This document shows, one piece after another, positions 12,011-23,071 of a stretch of 38,004 bases of DNA. The position numbers were made by a program, and so were the translations under genes. Numbering within the stretch: the first letter of the stretch is position 1; each line of letters starts with the position of its first letter. The notes beneath the pieces were generated by a model. That model worked only from the letters and a program-made list of their open reading frames with translations. It made no database searches and was not told the DNA's origin. The stretch spans positions 1 to 38,004 of the forward strand of contig RBNJ01000171.1 in NCBI GenBank assembly GCA_003990765.1, read 5' to 3'. This stretch comes from Jimgerdemannia flammicorona. Its lineage: Eukaryota.

Positions 12011-13765
12011 TTTCTGAAGATGAATGGAGGTTAGAACAGTAAATATGCTAAGTTTGGAGATAGGAATTACTGCACCACTGCAAGGAACAGTTTACACAAT
12101 TCTAATATATACTTGAGCTTCAATGTGGTCAGAGTTGTATTCTGTTTCATAGATTCAACTAGTGCATATACTCCATAATTGCCCCAGAGATAAATATTAC
12201 ATAGTTGAACAAATGTGTGATAATCGAAAGCAGAAACCCACCTTGCAGCTATAAACATCAGAACATAAAATTTAAATATACTCTGGAGAATTAGCATAAT
12301 CCGATACATACACTAATTCAGAGTCTTAACCAGTTCATATGCTTCTATACTACCTATGTTGTTATTTAAAAATAAACATAAAATAGTTAGTATAGTCATG
12401 ATCTGAAACCCAGCATGTAGCCGCACATGACTATTCTCGAAGCTCCAACATATCTACAATATTCAGTATGTTCAGAATTGTTTTCTACTTCAGACCTGAC
12501 CAGTGTGTATACTCCCTTGCCGCCAATAATGATGTCTGCAAATGGACAGAATATGGGTGTCAATTTAAAACTAAAACCTATCATGCAGTTACACACATGT
12601 TTAACCTACTCTAGAGATTCAACGTGGTCGAAGTTGTATCCAGTTTTAGTGACTCGGTTAATGTGTATACTCCCTTATTGTTATGTTGTTGCCTTAAAAT
12701 AACTAAGGAAGATCGTGAGCTGAAATTGATCCCGCAACTGCACAGTTTTAACATACAGTAGAGCTTCAACCTGCTCAGAGATGTCTTCTGCTGAAGATAT
12801 TTAGCTAGTACACTTACTCCCTCGTTGCCGATGTTGTTGTCTGAAAATAAATAAGAAAACATGTAAAAATTGAGAACAGAAAATCACAATACAGCAAGCA
12901 AAATACAACGTTGTCAGGATCGCGCACTGCATTAGAGACTCGGCCAGTGAACATGCTCCCTTCATTCCAATGTTAATAACTGATGATGAATAAGGGATAA
13001 AAGAAAAAACATACGAAGAATATGAACAAAAACTCATCGTATGACTGAAAACAGCGATTTCTACAGATTTAACATACACGTGAAATTCAGCATCAGGGTC
13101 CTGTTCTACTTCAGAGACTTGGTCAAGTGTGCTTGCTCTGTCACCACCATTGATGTTTTCTGAAAATGAATAAGCAACCAGACAGAACTCATCACACAGT
13201 TGCAAATAACAGTTCATAAGTTCGAACATACTCTTAAGATTCAGTATGACCAGAGTCGTATTGTCCTTCAGAGCCAGGACTCCCTTGGCGCTTGTGCGAT
13301 TTTGAGAAAACAGGCACAGGTTGTGAGGTTATACCCACAACACAGCTATAAACAACCAGTTCTGACATACTCTTAAGATTCCGCATAACCAGAGTCGTGT
13401 TCTGGTTCAGAGATATGGCCAGGGCGCATACTCCTTCACCACCCAAATATGAAAAGAGGATTAATGAATAAGCATGCACACGCAGCTATAATCGACAGTT
13501 CACAATTTTAATATACCATCGAGGTTCATTGTGGTCAGACTTATATTCCGCTTCAGAGGCTCGATCAGTATACGTACTCCGTCGCTACAGATATCGTTGT
13601 CTGAAGATGATGATCAAATACGCCAAGATTGTAAGCTGGAACCCACTGCCTTAAACAACAGTTCACACATTTTTACCATTATATATGAGATTCAGCGTGA
13701 TCCGGGTTGTGTTCTGTTTCAAAAACTCACCCTGTGTGCATGCTCCCTCACCGCTGACGATTCAT
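11400..13765 (-). pseudogene. Decayed ribonuclease-inhibitor-type (28-aa) LRR gene with ~11 single-repeat exons and a Gly-rich terminal exon
   Basis: Exons 13517-13600 (NDICSDGVRILIEPLKRNISLTTMNLD) and 12757-12840 (NNIGNEGVSVLAKYLQQKTSLSRLKLY) are exactly 84 nt and phase 1. Other units show frameshifts, stops and lost AG/GT sites. Confidence 0.85.
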
Positions 13766-14313
13766 CTGAAGATGAACAGGGGATGGATCATCGCCGGTGG
13801 CCTTACGCCCTTTTCTGCCGCGAAAAGTGTGAGTTTGCGAAATGGGAGAGTTCGAGAGAGGGTGAGGGTTTGAGATTTCGAAGGATTAGATTTTATACCC
13901 CTTTTTTTGTGGGGAGGTGAATAAAGCCTTTCGGGAGCAAAAAATGTGGAAGGGTGAAAGGAAGAATACCTTGCGGAGGTGAACGACGGGGGAGGAAGCA
14001 TAATATTTTATGGGCAACGATGTGGAAGGAAAAATACTTTGTGGTGACGAACCATGCCAAAGGAAGATTAATTTGCGGGGGAGAAAGATGGAGAAGGAAG
14101 AATACTAGGAGGGACGAACAATGTAGAAGGGCCGAACGGAGAATATTTGCGATGCGGAAGGAAAGATAAAAGCGTTTGCAATAGAGTGTGGGGCGTTTTG
14201 GAGTGATTGCGGTGCGATGGGGGCGTGCTGATATACGCCCGTATATATGTGTTGTGCCAAAAAAAAAAAAACCCCCCTCACGCCAGTATTCGTCATTGCT
14301 GGCCTCACATTAT

Positions 14314-14380
14314 TGCCGGCATGAATTTTGGATTCCAATCATATTCCGGCGTGAATTTTGGATTCCAATCGTATTCCAGC
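14314..14380. repeat. ~30-bp tandem direct repeat
   Basis: ccggc(a/g)tgaattttggattccaatc(a/g)tattcc occurs twice. Confidence 0.85.
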
Positions 14381-14644
14381 CAACAGCATACAGTCGACGG
14401 CGGACCATTCATGCGATTAATCGCCGCTTAACTTTACGCAATTATGCAGAACAATTATGCATTATGCGTTCTCCCCTGCGCCAGAAGCAACTTAGTTTAG
14501 CGCCGATTTTAGATAGACGCCTGTGGTTTCAGCACGCAATGTAGCTCGTTTCATGCACCGATGAGTACTCGTTGCATCTCGCATCTTAGCAACTAAGCGT
14601 ATACTACTCCAGTAACGTCAGTTTACAGTCACATTTATGTTACT

Positions 14645-15177
14645 TAGAGTTATGAACGTAGCTCAAACTTCGGCAAAGTGGCCGAAGCCACGGATAAACC
14701 ACTATCATGCAATCTTTCAGGTCTTTCATGCAATCTTAGCTTAGTGTCAGTTCCCTGCCACACCGTTTCTTATGCAATCTTAGCTTAGTCTCAGTTCCCG
14801 TTGCGCGGTTTCTTATGCAATGTTAGCCTAGTCTCAGTTCCCCGGCAAGATGCCAGTGGCAAATAGCTTAGCAACGTTTCAGTATGCATTACATGTAATA
14901 TCCCCCTGAGCGACTGAGTACGCGTCGCATCTTAACAATCAAGCGCGTAGACTACGCCTGTATACTTAGTTAGTTCCTGCAATCAGTTTACGCAACCCAT
15001 CCCGCCCTTCCCTTTTGGAAGAGGAACAATAAATGTGCGGCCCCTTCGCTTTACGCGAATGGCGGGCCTGGGAAGCGCATGCTTCCATATTCACCAAACC
15101 CATCGACCCAGCTTATATCAGCACACTCGATTTAGCATAACACATCTCACATACATTTCACGCGAAGGACACTTTGA
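14645..15177 (+). mobile_element. Solo terminal-repeat remnant (A-spacer-B) of an Ngaro-like retroelement related to the element at 22633-27741; partial duplicates flank it (~14562-14627 and up to ~15276)
   Basis: It starts tagagttatgaacgtagctcaaacttcggcaaagtgg like repeat A, contains ccttttggaa..aataaat..ccttc..aatggcgggcct like the A2-B2 junction, and ends gacactttga like repeat B. Confidence 0.65.
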
Positions 15178-15733
15178 ATTAGTTCAGTTTACAGCTTAGG
15201 TCTGCGGATTTATGCATTTTACGTACATTTATTTTACGGTGCACGTCTTTCGTATTTTATGCAAAGGACACTTGAGTTTTACATGCCGGAAAATTGCGCG
15301 CAACAGCTTGAACATTGGAAGCCGGTGGTATTGACGAAGGACCAAGGCACGCCTCTGCACAGTCCGTCAGGAATACGGGCAGCCCGCTTATACGCTTTTC
15401 GTAATGTGATATTCGGTCTAACACCTTTTCCTTTATTCACTCCTTCCATCCGTAACATATTCTACACCATCGTTAAGATGTATATCGTCGCCCATCGACA
15501 AACATTATCTCCGCCGAGATCAATTCTCGCGATACCCAGCTACCCCCATCATAATCACCAGCCACTTAACCAGCACTGATCAACAGACTCCCACATGTAC
15601 ACTATTTAGTTGACCGAAACTCTTACAACTTTCGAAACAACCCTTCCTCGGCCAGTGCTCCCACCAAGGGAGAAGAACAGTGCAGTGGCAGCAGACGTCC
15701 GCCGCACCAATCTCAAAAAAGCGGCCCGTCTGC

Positions 15734-15821
15734 GGCAGGACGGCACTGCATCTCGTCGTGTCGGGACGTCGTACGTACGCTGGTGGAGAGCCTGGAAGTC
15801 AACGTCAACATTGTGGAAGAC
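15734..15821 (+). pseudogene. Frameshifted ankyrin-repeat fragment
   Basis: GRTALHLVVSG in one frame continues as RDVVRTLVESLEVNVNIVED in another. A second TPLH motif lies at ~15345. Confidence 0.55.
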
Positions 15822-16261
15822 GCTCTATGGTTGAGTTTTGGATTTAATTAATGGAAGGATTGCCGGTCAATTGATATAATTGAAGCGAGGAGAAGGCTTG
15901 GGGAAGCGATGAACATAGAAATAGTTATCAGTACGAGGCGGTTCCCATGCAATCACGATGCAGTGCGGTGCAGCCATAATTGAAGCTTTTTTTAGTTATT
16001 CATTAGAGCCCTTTATTAGGCTGCGCTCAGAAAAGACATATACATATTACATCATTCGAACATACATTGACCTGATCTCTATTCCTTTCTTTCGAATCCT
16101 CACAAACCTAATAACACTTCCTTCCTCCTCAGGACCACGAAGGTAACCATCCTCCTCAACTTCACCACCGATAGTACAAACCCCTCTACCTCCAACTGCT
16201 CCAACCTCAATCTTCCTCGGCCTGGCGGACTTAAACGGACTCCTCAGGTCGATTGATCACG

Positions 16262-16440
16262 GGTGGCACGGCGCTTTACACATGGGGCATGAACGCCAAC
16301 TAAGTCCTGTCGCATGCCGACTCTGATAACCGGACCTTCGCCGAACGTGTGCGGGTAGCTCCTTCGCGACGTAGCGTGGAAGGCTGATTATGCAGGTGGC
16401 TATGGCCACGTTTCACACAGCAGTCGTGACGAGCGACGCG
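16262..16440 (-). pseudogene. Possible RING-finger remnant
   Basis: CPMCKAP plus an upstream frameshifted GH..TC-like segment; weak. Confidence 0.25.
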
Positions 16441-16769
16441 GAGGGAAATCTCTTTGTTGTGCTTTCAGAAATGGGGGGAGGCTGGATGGATTAAAAGTAG
16501 CTCAGCTGACACTAAGGAACGTTAGGGGCGTTAGATTGAGGATAAGGGAATGTGGCATCGGGAAGGGATAATACCGTTATCGTGACTGAGAGGAGGGAGG
16601 TTATCAGGTTTGAGAGTACTTGGTTTGGGAAGCTGGGTGAGTGGTTTGTTCTGATTTAATAGTTGAGGCTGTTGAGGATGTATTGAGTTACACAGAAGTA
16701 GGAAACTGGGTATGGTCCAGTAAGAATCACGGTCTGACTGATGTTAACACTGCAAACCTCCTCCAATAG

Positions 16770-16923
16770 GTTACCAGCTTGAGCACAAGGAGGACGAGGA
16801 GTCCATACAACTGATGTCGCGAGTTCTCACCGATCCGAAACACAGCTGCTGCCTCGCGTTTCCACACCATCGTTTATGCCGGCACCAAGGTGTTCACGTC
16901 CGGGCTTAACCTTGGTCAACTTG
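16770..16923 (+). pseudogene. RCC1-repeat exon fragment (IBTK/Btb1-like), frameshifted
   Basis: Segment bounded by AG and gtgagg: GYQLEHKEDEESIQLMSRV, then a frameshift, then AAASRFHTIVYAGTKVFTSGLNLGQLG, a typical RCC1 motif. Confidence 0.6.
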
Positions 16924-17661
16924 GTGAGGTATCATTTCATTCTTTTCGGGGGAGATAGGCGAGGATGGAGACGAGCTCGTTAAATGCGATTGTGCATGCG
17001 AACCTATTCAGAGGTCAGGACCACCTTGTTAAATACATCGAGCGCAAACTCCGTTGGAAGCACGCAAAGAAAATGCCGACCACGCGCGGCGTCCACCTCC
17101 CAGAGCCCGCCGACAAGGAGTTCCGCAACACACCCAACTGGAAGGACATCTTCGAGACCATTCACCCATTCCCAACTACGCGGCCTTTGCACATGACCTC
17201 GCCCTCCATGGACAAGCACCCACCACATCACCCACAGCGCCCAATCCGTAATTCGCTGGCCCTAGGTCGTCCACTACGCCAAAGAAATCGGTATTTTTTG
17301 CCGGGCAGGCGGAAGTTGACCCGGCGTCACCGCCATCGAGAAGAAGAGAAGAAGAGAAGAGGGGAAGATATAAGGACAGGCATCGGGCGTGGACGGGTCT
17401 CTGTCACGGCCCTCTCTACGCAGCGGCGGAGAGGAGTTGCAATCCAAGAGCATTGGGTCTGCGTTACGACCATTGCCAAAGGCTAGGTAGACTACGCCTG
17501 TTGCACCCGTTACAGCTGTAGAGTAGAGGTGCGTGAGCTCCCTGTCCTTGGCCTCGGCATATATATACCGAAGAGGGGACAGATTGAATGTTTAAATTCA
17601 CCGTTAAGCCACTGTCGAATATCCTTGCATCACTATTAAAGTATGGAAATTGTAAACTAAC

Positions 17662-18083
17662 CTGGATATAATGAGGACGTGGCGGATATCCTCAAGTTCC
17701 ATGGCATCGATTGGACACTCGCCGTGGCGACGCGGTTGCGAATATTCTCCGTGATGATGACGGCTGGCAGTCGCAGGAGGGATTTACAATCCTCGTAGTC
17801 GGTTTCCTATCAAATATTATTATTGACCAACCACCTATCGTGAAAACAGAAGCAAATGAAGATCAACCATGACAATCTCGGTGCCCAAGTCAAGGAACTG
17901 GGAGAAGTCCTTTTTTGCGACGACACGTAAGTGAATGCAGCCATCGCCATGACAATCACGACCATTTTGGTCGGACTCGTGGAGCAAGTACCCGGCCTCG
18001 CCGCCAGTGATGGCGAGAACTTGCTTGTAGGTGGTAATGGCACTTGCTTTGTTGGCGCTGGTGTTGGCAGTGCGGAATTCTGT
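17662..18083 (-). pseudogene. Degenerate duplicate of exons 1-2 of the NmrA-like gene at 20181-21830
   Basis: TEFRT..KQVLAITGGEAGYLLHESDQNGRDCHG..LDLGTEIV aligns with MESRT..KHILTITGG..AYLLRESERDGRDRH..RDMGAEIV. ETDYEDCKSL..ENIRNRV..IDAMELEDIRHVLIIS aligns with EIDYEDRKCL..EMTRNRV..IEAVESENIRHVLMIS. The ATG has become ACA, and deletions and a frameshift are present. Confidence 0.85.
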
Positions 18084-18279
18084 CTTTGTTTTATTTGGAT
18101 TAGGCATTTGTTGGTATCGAGCTTGATTGTTGTGTAGAGCACGATGGAAAGAAGGAATTGCTAGGGTGAAGGACATTTATAGTGTTACAGAAACATGATA
18201 TCATGTGTGGAGGTTCTAGGCGCATGCAATAGCACACCCACTGTCGTAAACCATCAGACTGGTGCGGGACGCTAGCATT

Positions 18280-18385
18280 TATCTACTCGCCGTCGTTCAC
18301 TTGCTCGCTGCCGCACACCTACTTGCTATTCGCTTGCTCGCCGTTCACCTGCTCACGGTCCACCTGCTCGCCGTCCACCTGCCCG
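18280..18385. repeat. Degenerate 15-bp tandem repeat (cacctgctcgccgtc)
   Basis: Visible repeated units, giving HLLAV repeats in ORF 18262-18648. Confidence 0.7.
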
Positions 18386-20180
18386 ACGCACGCCATCACC
18401 AGCTTGAGACGAACCCCACCATAAGCGGCACTCCGAGCCACGGACGCGAGCACCGCCCACATCTCCATCCACCGGCGTTGCGGCCTTGTTGTCTTCGGCG
18501 TCTACATCCACGGACGTCGATCAGCGCCGCGTTGGCAGTAAAGGAGAGAAAGAGGTTGACGACGTGGAAGACTCAGATGTTTAGAAAGATCTGCCGCAGG
18601 ATTTTATTAAGCGTAGGGAAATCATGGTCTTCAGGACCCGATCATTGAATACCCGGAAGGCTGCTAGGAGGGACGCCCAGAAGATGGAAGAGTAGTTGTC
18701 GAAAAGGTCAGGAGAGAAACGACACGAGGGGGAAGTTGGGCCGGCGGCAACGTGTTGACTGTCGAGAGAGAGATGGGCAAAGGCTTAGTATCTGCACATC
18801 AACCTCTTGGAGCTCATCGCAAACCCGAATTCGACCCAACTTAGCCATGCCTTTTTCTCACAACCCCACAATTGCTGCTGCCTCCCTGCATTTCTCGCCC
18901 GCCTCGACGGAAGAGACTTAATGAGACATTCACATCAGCATTGTGGCGCACCCAAATTTGGCTGTTTCGCCGTGTCGCCTGCTGCGTGATTGATGTGAGT
19001 GGTGTGACAGCGGTATCCCGGAGTCAGTGAGAGGATCGAATTGCAATTAGTGGTAGAGTAAATAAGAATTACTAAAATAACACTTGCACCCGACGTCTCC
19101 TTGTGGTATTCAAAATTATCCACTGCGGCTAAAATCTTCAACAGTATTCTGGTTTGGCATTCCTACCGGGTGCACTAATAGTTTAGTTTCGACTTGGATT
19201 TATCGCTTTTGGGCGTTTGTTTATTGTGATGCATTCCGTTATTATCCACATCTTCCAATTCATTTTATATGGCCAGGTGATATAAGACACCCTGCGCAAA
19301 ATACGCAAGCTGACTTTCCTCGTACTTCCGAACCAATGCTGAAATAAGAGGAGATATTTCGACTGCAGTGGAGGCACCTCCCTTTTCAATGCTTGAGATT
19401 TTTATTTTATTTTTCTTTGCAGATGTCTCTCATTCGGTTCGCAAGGCTACGTTTTCTCGGCTAGCCCCCACCACGCATAAAGATACGCCTTGCCAAGCTG
19501 GTATGGCATTCCCTGCCTTTCATTGCTTGAGTTTTATTCGCCTTTAAGAATTTTTTTTTTTTTTTTTTATTCTTTTATTTTATTTTTGCACGTGTGTTGG
19601 ACATCAAATTTCATATTTCAAATCCTCTTCTTTAGTAAATTCCTCGGCTAGGCTGGGTTGCGAGGACGGGCCTGAAATCCAGACGAGGACTCGACCATTG
19701 TGCCGCGACCTACGAGGAAAAGAACAAAGATGATTTCCTAAATGCGCCACATTATTATACAAATAAGAAAAGCATGTCGTGGTGTATAAATGCACTTTTG
19801 GGTTGCAAAGCTTGTTCAATGGGAGAGCGTCTGCCCAAGGAGAGAGAGGGATGAGGGAAACTTGCGTCTCCTGTAAATTAAATTTGGAAAAGATTGATTA
19901 AATTTCTTTGTGGCATCTTTGGATCCTGGCCGTTTGGCAGACGCGAACCGTCTAAATTTGGAACACCCCCCCCCTCCGTATTCGGCTCAAGACTATCGTA
20001 TGGCTCAAATTAAGCACAGACATAATTGTTTTCATTTGTTTATTCACTTTGCATTGCTTCCGCTATTGTATTTTATTCTAATATTATGGGATTGCGATTT
20101 ATTTATTTTATTATTTTCAACCTCGGAACGAAGCCCGGTTTATTTGTCAGGTCATTCAGCTCAGCACACAGCGCGCTGCC

Positions 20181-21830
20181 TCACTTCCGGCGATCGACCT
20201 CGTCGCGGTTGCGTTTGTCATCATCGCCCCTGAACTCGTCACGATGCTCCCTGAAGAATTCCTCAAGCGATTCGGGCTTCTTGTCGATAATGTCTTGGAG
20301 GTCACCTGTACATAAAGGAAGGTTTAGTGGAATTGTATATACGTGGACGTAATGGGATTCGATGGACAGTAATGTAACAACGGAGACTACCAGAAGTAAA
20401 ATCAGCACCGCCCAATTTGACATATTCAAAGAAGTCGAGCTCCGTTTCAATGGTAGTATCGTTAAGGTGCTTCCTCAGCGGAATACCGTGGCGGAACTTG
20501 CCATCACGATGGCGGCGACCGTCGCGCTCGCTGTCGTTACCATCGTCCTTCCTACTACCGTCGCGACGCTCATCGTCCCGATGTTCACCTCCGCGCCTAC
20601 CGTGCTTCCCATCTTCGTCGCGCCACGACTCCAGTTCCCTCCTCATTTCGGAACGCGACACGTCCTTGAACCGTATCTCGCGCTCGCCAATAGTGTCGCC
20701 GAGAATGCGCGCAATCTCATCGCCGGAAACGGCCTCGCAGCCCGTGAGGCAGTACACGCGGCGGTGGTGGCGCTCGTCCAGAGGAACCCAGCGGAAACTC
20801 TGCGAGCTTCCCTTGGCCTGAGCCTGGGCCTGGGCCTGGGCCTGGGTCTGGGTCTGGGCGGGGCTATGATCACCATGGCGGTCGCCATAGCGGTGGTGGC
20901 GAGTAAGGGAACAGTAAATGGCGCGGCAGACGTCGAGGATATTGACGGGAGCAAAACGACCGTCGCGGCCGATGCTCATTTTGAGAACGCGTTCGTCCTG
21001 GATCGTGGGGGCCCAGGAGAGGAAGCATTGCTGGAGGAAGTCGAGCCTACGCAGGGATTGTAAGTAGTGAGGGATTCGTCAGATGTTCTTGAAGGGCGTG
21101 TGAGTAACCTGATTGGAAGTGAAAATGGCTTTTACCTGAAGATGCACCACCTTCCCCTGGTGAAGTTGTCCTTGAGGCACTTCTCAAGATCCCTGAATTC
21201 GCAGAGGTTCCTGAGCTCGCGGTTGTGGGACTCGGCACCGATCCTGAAAAGCAAACCGAGGGAACGTTAGTGCCTAAATTATCATTATCATCCCAATCCC
21301 GAGAGAATGTCTAGTCAAGAGAGCTCACATGGATATCATAAGGACATGACGAATGTTCTCGCTTTCCACAGCCTCGATAAGACACTCTCCGTGGCGAACC
21401 CGATTGCGAGTCATTTCCGGGACGAAGATGGCGTACTCGCTGTCGCGGAAGGCGCGACGCAGGCACTTGCGGTCCTCGTAGTCGATTTCCTATCCAATAG
21501 CATCCACATTAGCATCCATGCAACCATCCCATTCGATGCTAACAAATAGCTGTAAATAAAATAAATACGCTAACGGATACTTACAACAATTTCGGCGCCC
21601 ATATCCCTCAAATCGTCGCAATTCTTCTCGCAACAGCACAAAACGCGGATGCGGCACTCGCTGTGGCGGTCGCGGCCGTCGCGCTCCGACTCACGGAGAA
21701 GGTACGCCGCGATGCAGTGGCCGAGGTAACTGTCGCCGCCCGTGATGGTAAGAATGTGCTTGGTGCGGGTGACGGCGCCGGCGTAGGCGCTGGCGTTTGT
21801 TCTGGCGGTGGTGGTGGTGCGGGATTCCAT
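20181..21830 (-). CDS. NmrA-like / atypical SDR NAD(P)-binding Rossmann-fold protein; exons 21830-21585, 21489-21329, 21243-21136, 21046-20391, 20305-20181
   Basis: All introns are GT-AG and the frame is preserved. It has an N-terminal ITGGDSYLG dinucleotide-binding motif, FAPVNILDVCRAI, VYCLTGCEAVSGDEIARILGDTIG and a C-terminal DLQDIIDKKPESLEEFFREH typical of the NmrA family. Confidence 0.9.
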
Positions 21831-22363
21831 TATTACTTTTTTTTGGAGGAAGGAAGTGGGCTAGAGTTGCTTAGTTGTTATGTTGTGAGATAATATGGTG
21901 AAAAGATGTTGGAAGGGGGGCTTTATATGATACTGGGTCAGAATGTCGCTTTGTTCTCGGAGAATTCAGGATTGCATTCATAGCTACATACGCCAACGAT
22001 TGGCGTGCAGGGTTAAAATGTGCCTGAGGTGCAGTGGCGCAACGGTGTCATATTTCCCCCACCCCCTTTTTTTTTTTTTTTTTTCACACGCACGTCCATG
22101 CATTTTTATGTAGTTCGTCTCTAGCGGGTTTCCAAAGATTTTTTTCTTCGTGGTCTGGGTGGTTATTTATTTATGTCATTTATATAATATATATATAATA
22201 TTTTAGTAAAATAATTTTTTATATCAATGATCACTAATTTCGCAGTTTATATCACGTGATCGGCATTATTCTCACATTGGTTTTATGTTTACTTTACTCA
22301 AATAGAGAACAATTTTCCTACTTGCAATAAGACGTCAAGTCAAATATATTATAATATCCTTAA

Positions 22364-22479
22364 TTGCAAGCTGCAAGCCAGCTGCAAGCTGCAAACTGCA
22401 AGTTGCAACCCTCAAGCCACATTCACCGCATTCACCGCATTCACCGCATTCATTCACCGCATTCGCCGCGTTCGCCGCA
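22364..22479. repeat. Short tandem repeats (gctgcaa)n and (cattcaccg)n
   Basis: Directly visible. Confidence 0.85.
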
Positions 22480-23071
22480 TATAAAATCAATAGATTAAAT
22501 AATTTTTGAGAAATACATTGAGGTGAATGGTATTTCTTGACAACATTTTCAGCATGAGCTAATTTAAGTCCTTTCTGAAAAGCAATCATATATCTTTGTA
22601 GTAAGTTCTACATAAATATTACAATAATAAATATAGAGTTATGAACAAAGTTCAAACTGCAGCAAAGTGGTGTGAACCATACAACATTCATTTAAGTAAT
22701 GCAGTCTTGCAATTCACCCTAGTAATATTCGTTTCAGCAGTATAGTTATGCAATTCACTCTAGCTCAGTTTCACTTGTAGTCTTAGCCTCCCTTTTAGTC
22801 TAATTTAGTCCAGTTTTAAGTACACCAGTTTCAGTCTAATTTAGTCCAGTTTCAAGTACACCAGCAGCCATAATGCACTTCCTTCCTTCAGTGCTCATTA
22901 CTTTACCTTCAAGCATACTTTTCATTATGCAGACATTTCTATTGTATTTTTGTATCTTTAATCAATTTTTATACATTATCTGTCATCATACCACCTATTT
23001 GTCAGTTGTAAGGCCTACCCTCTGGTTTCTCCACTCCTGCTGCCCCTTACCTATATCTAACAATTTCTAAC

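Noticed and set aside
20362..21063. 233-aa plus-strand ORF and other overlapping ORFs
   Set aside because: Antisense shadow of the GC-rich exon 4 of the NmrA-like gene.
22364..22479. Short repeat arrays here, at 14720-14840 and at 33106-33240 considered as CRISPR-like
   Set aside because: They are tandem repeats without unique equal-length spacers, in eukaryotic DNA with no cas genes.
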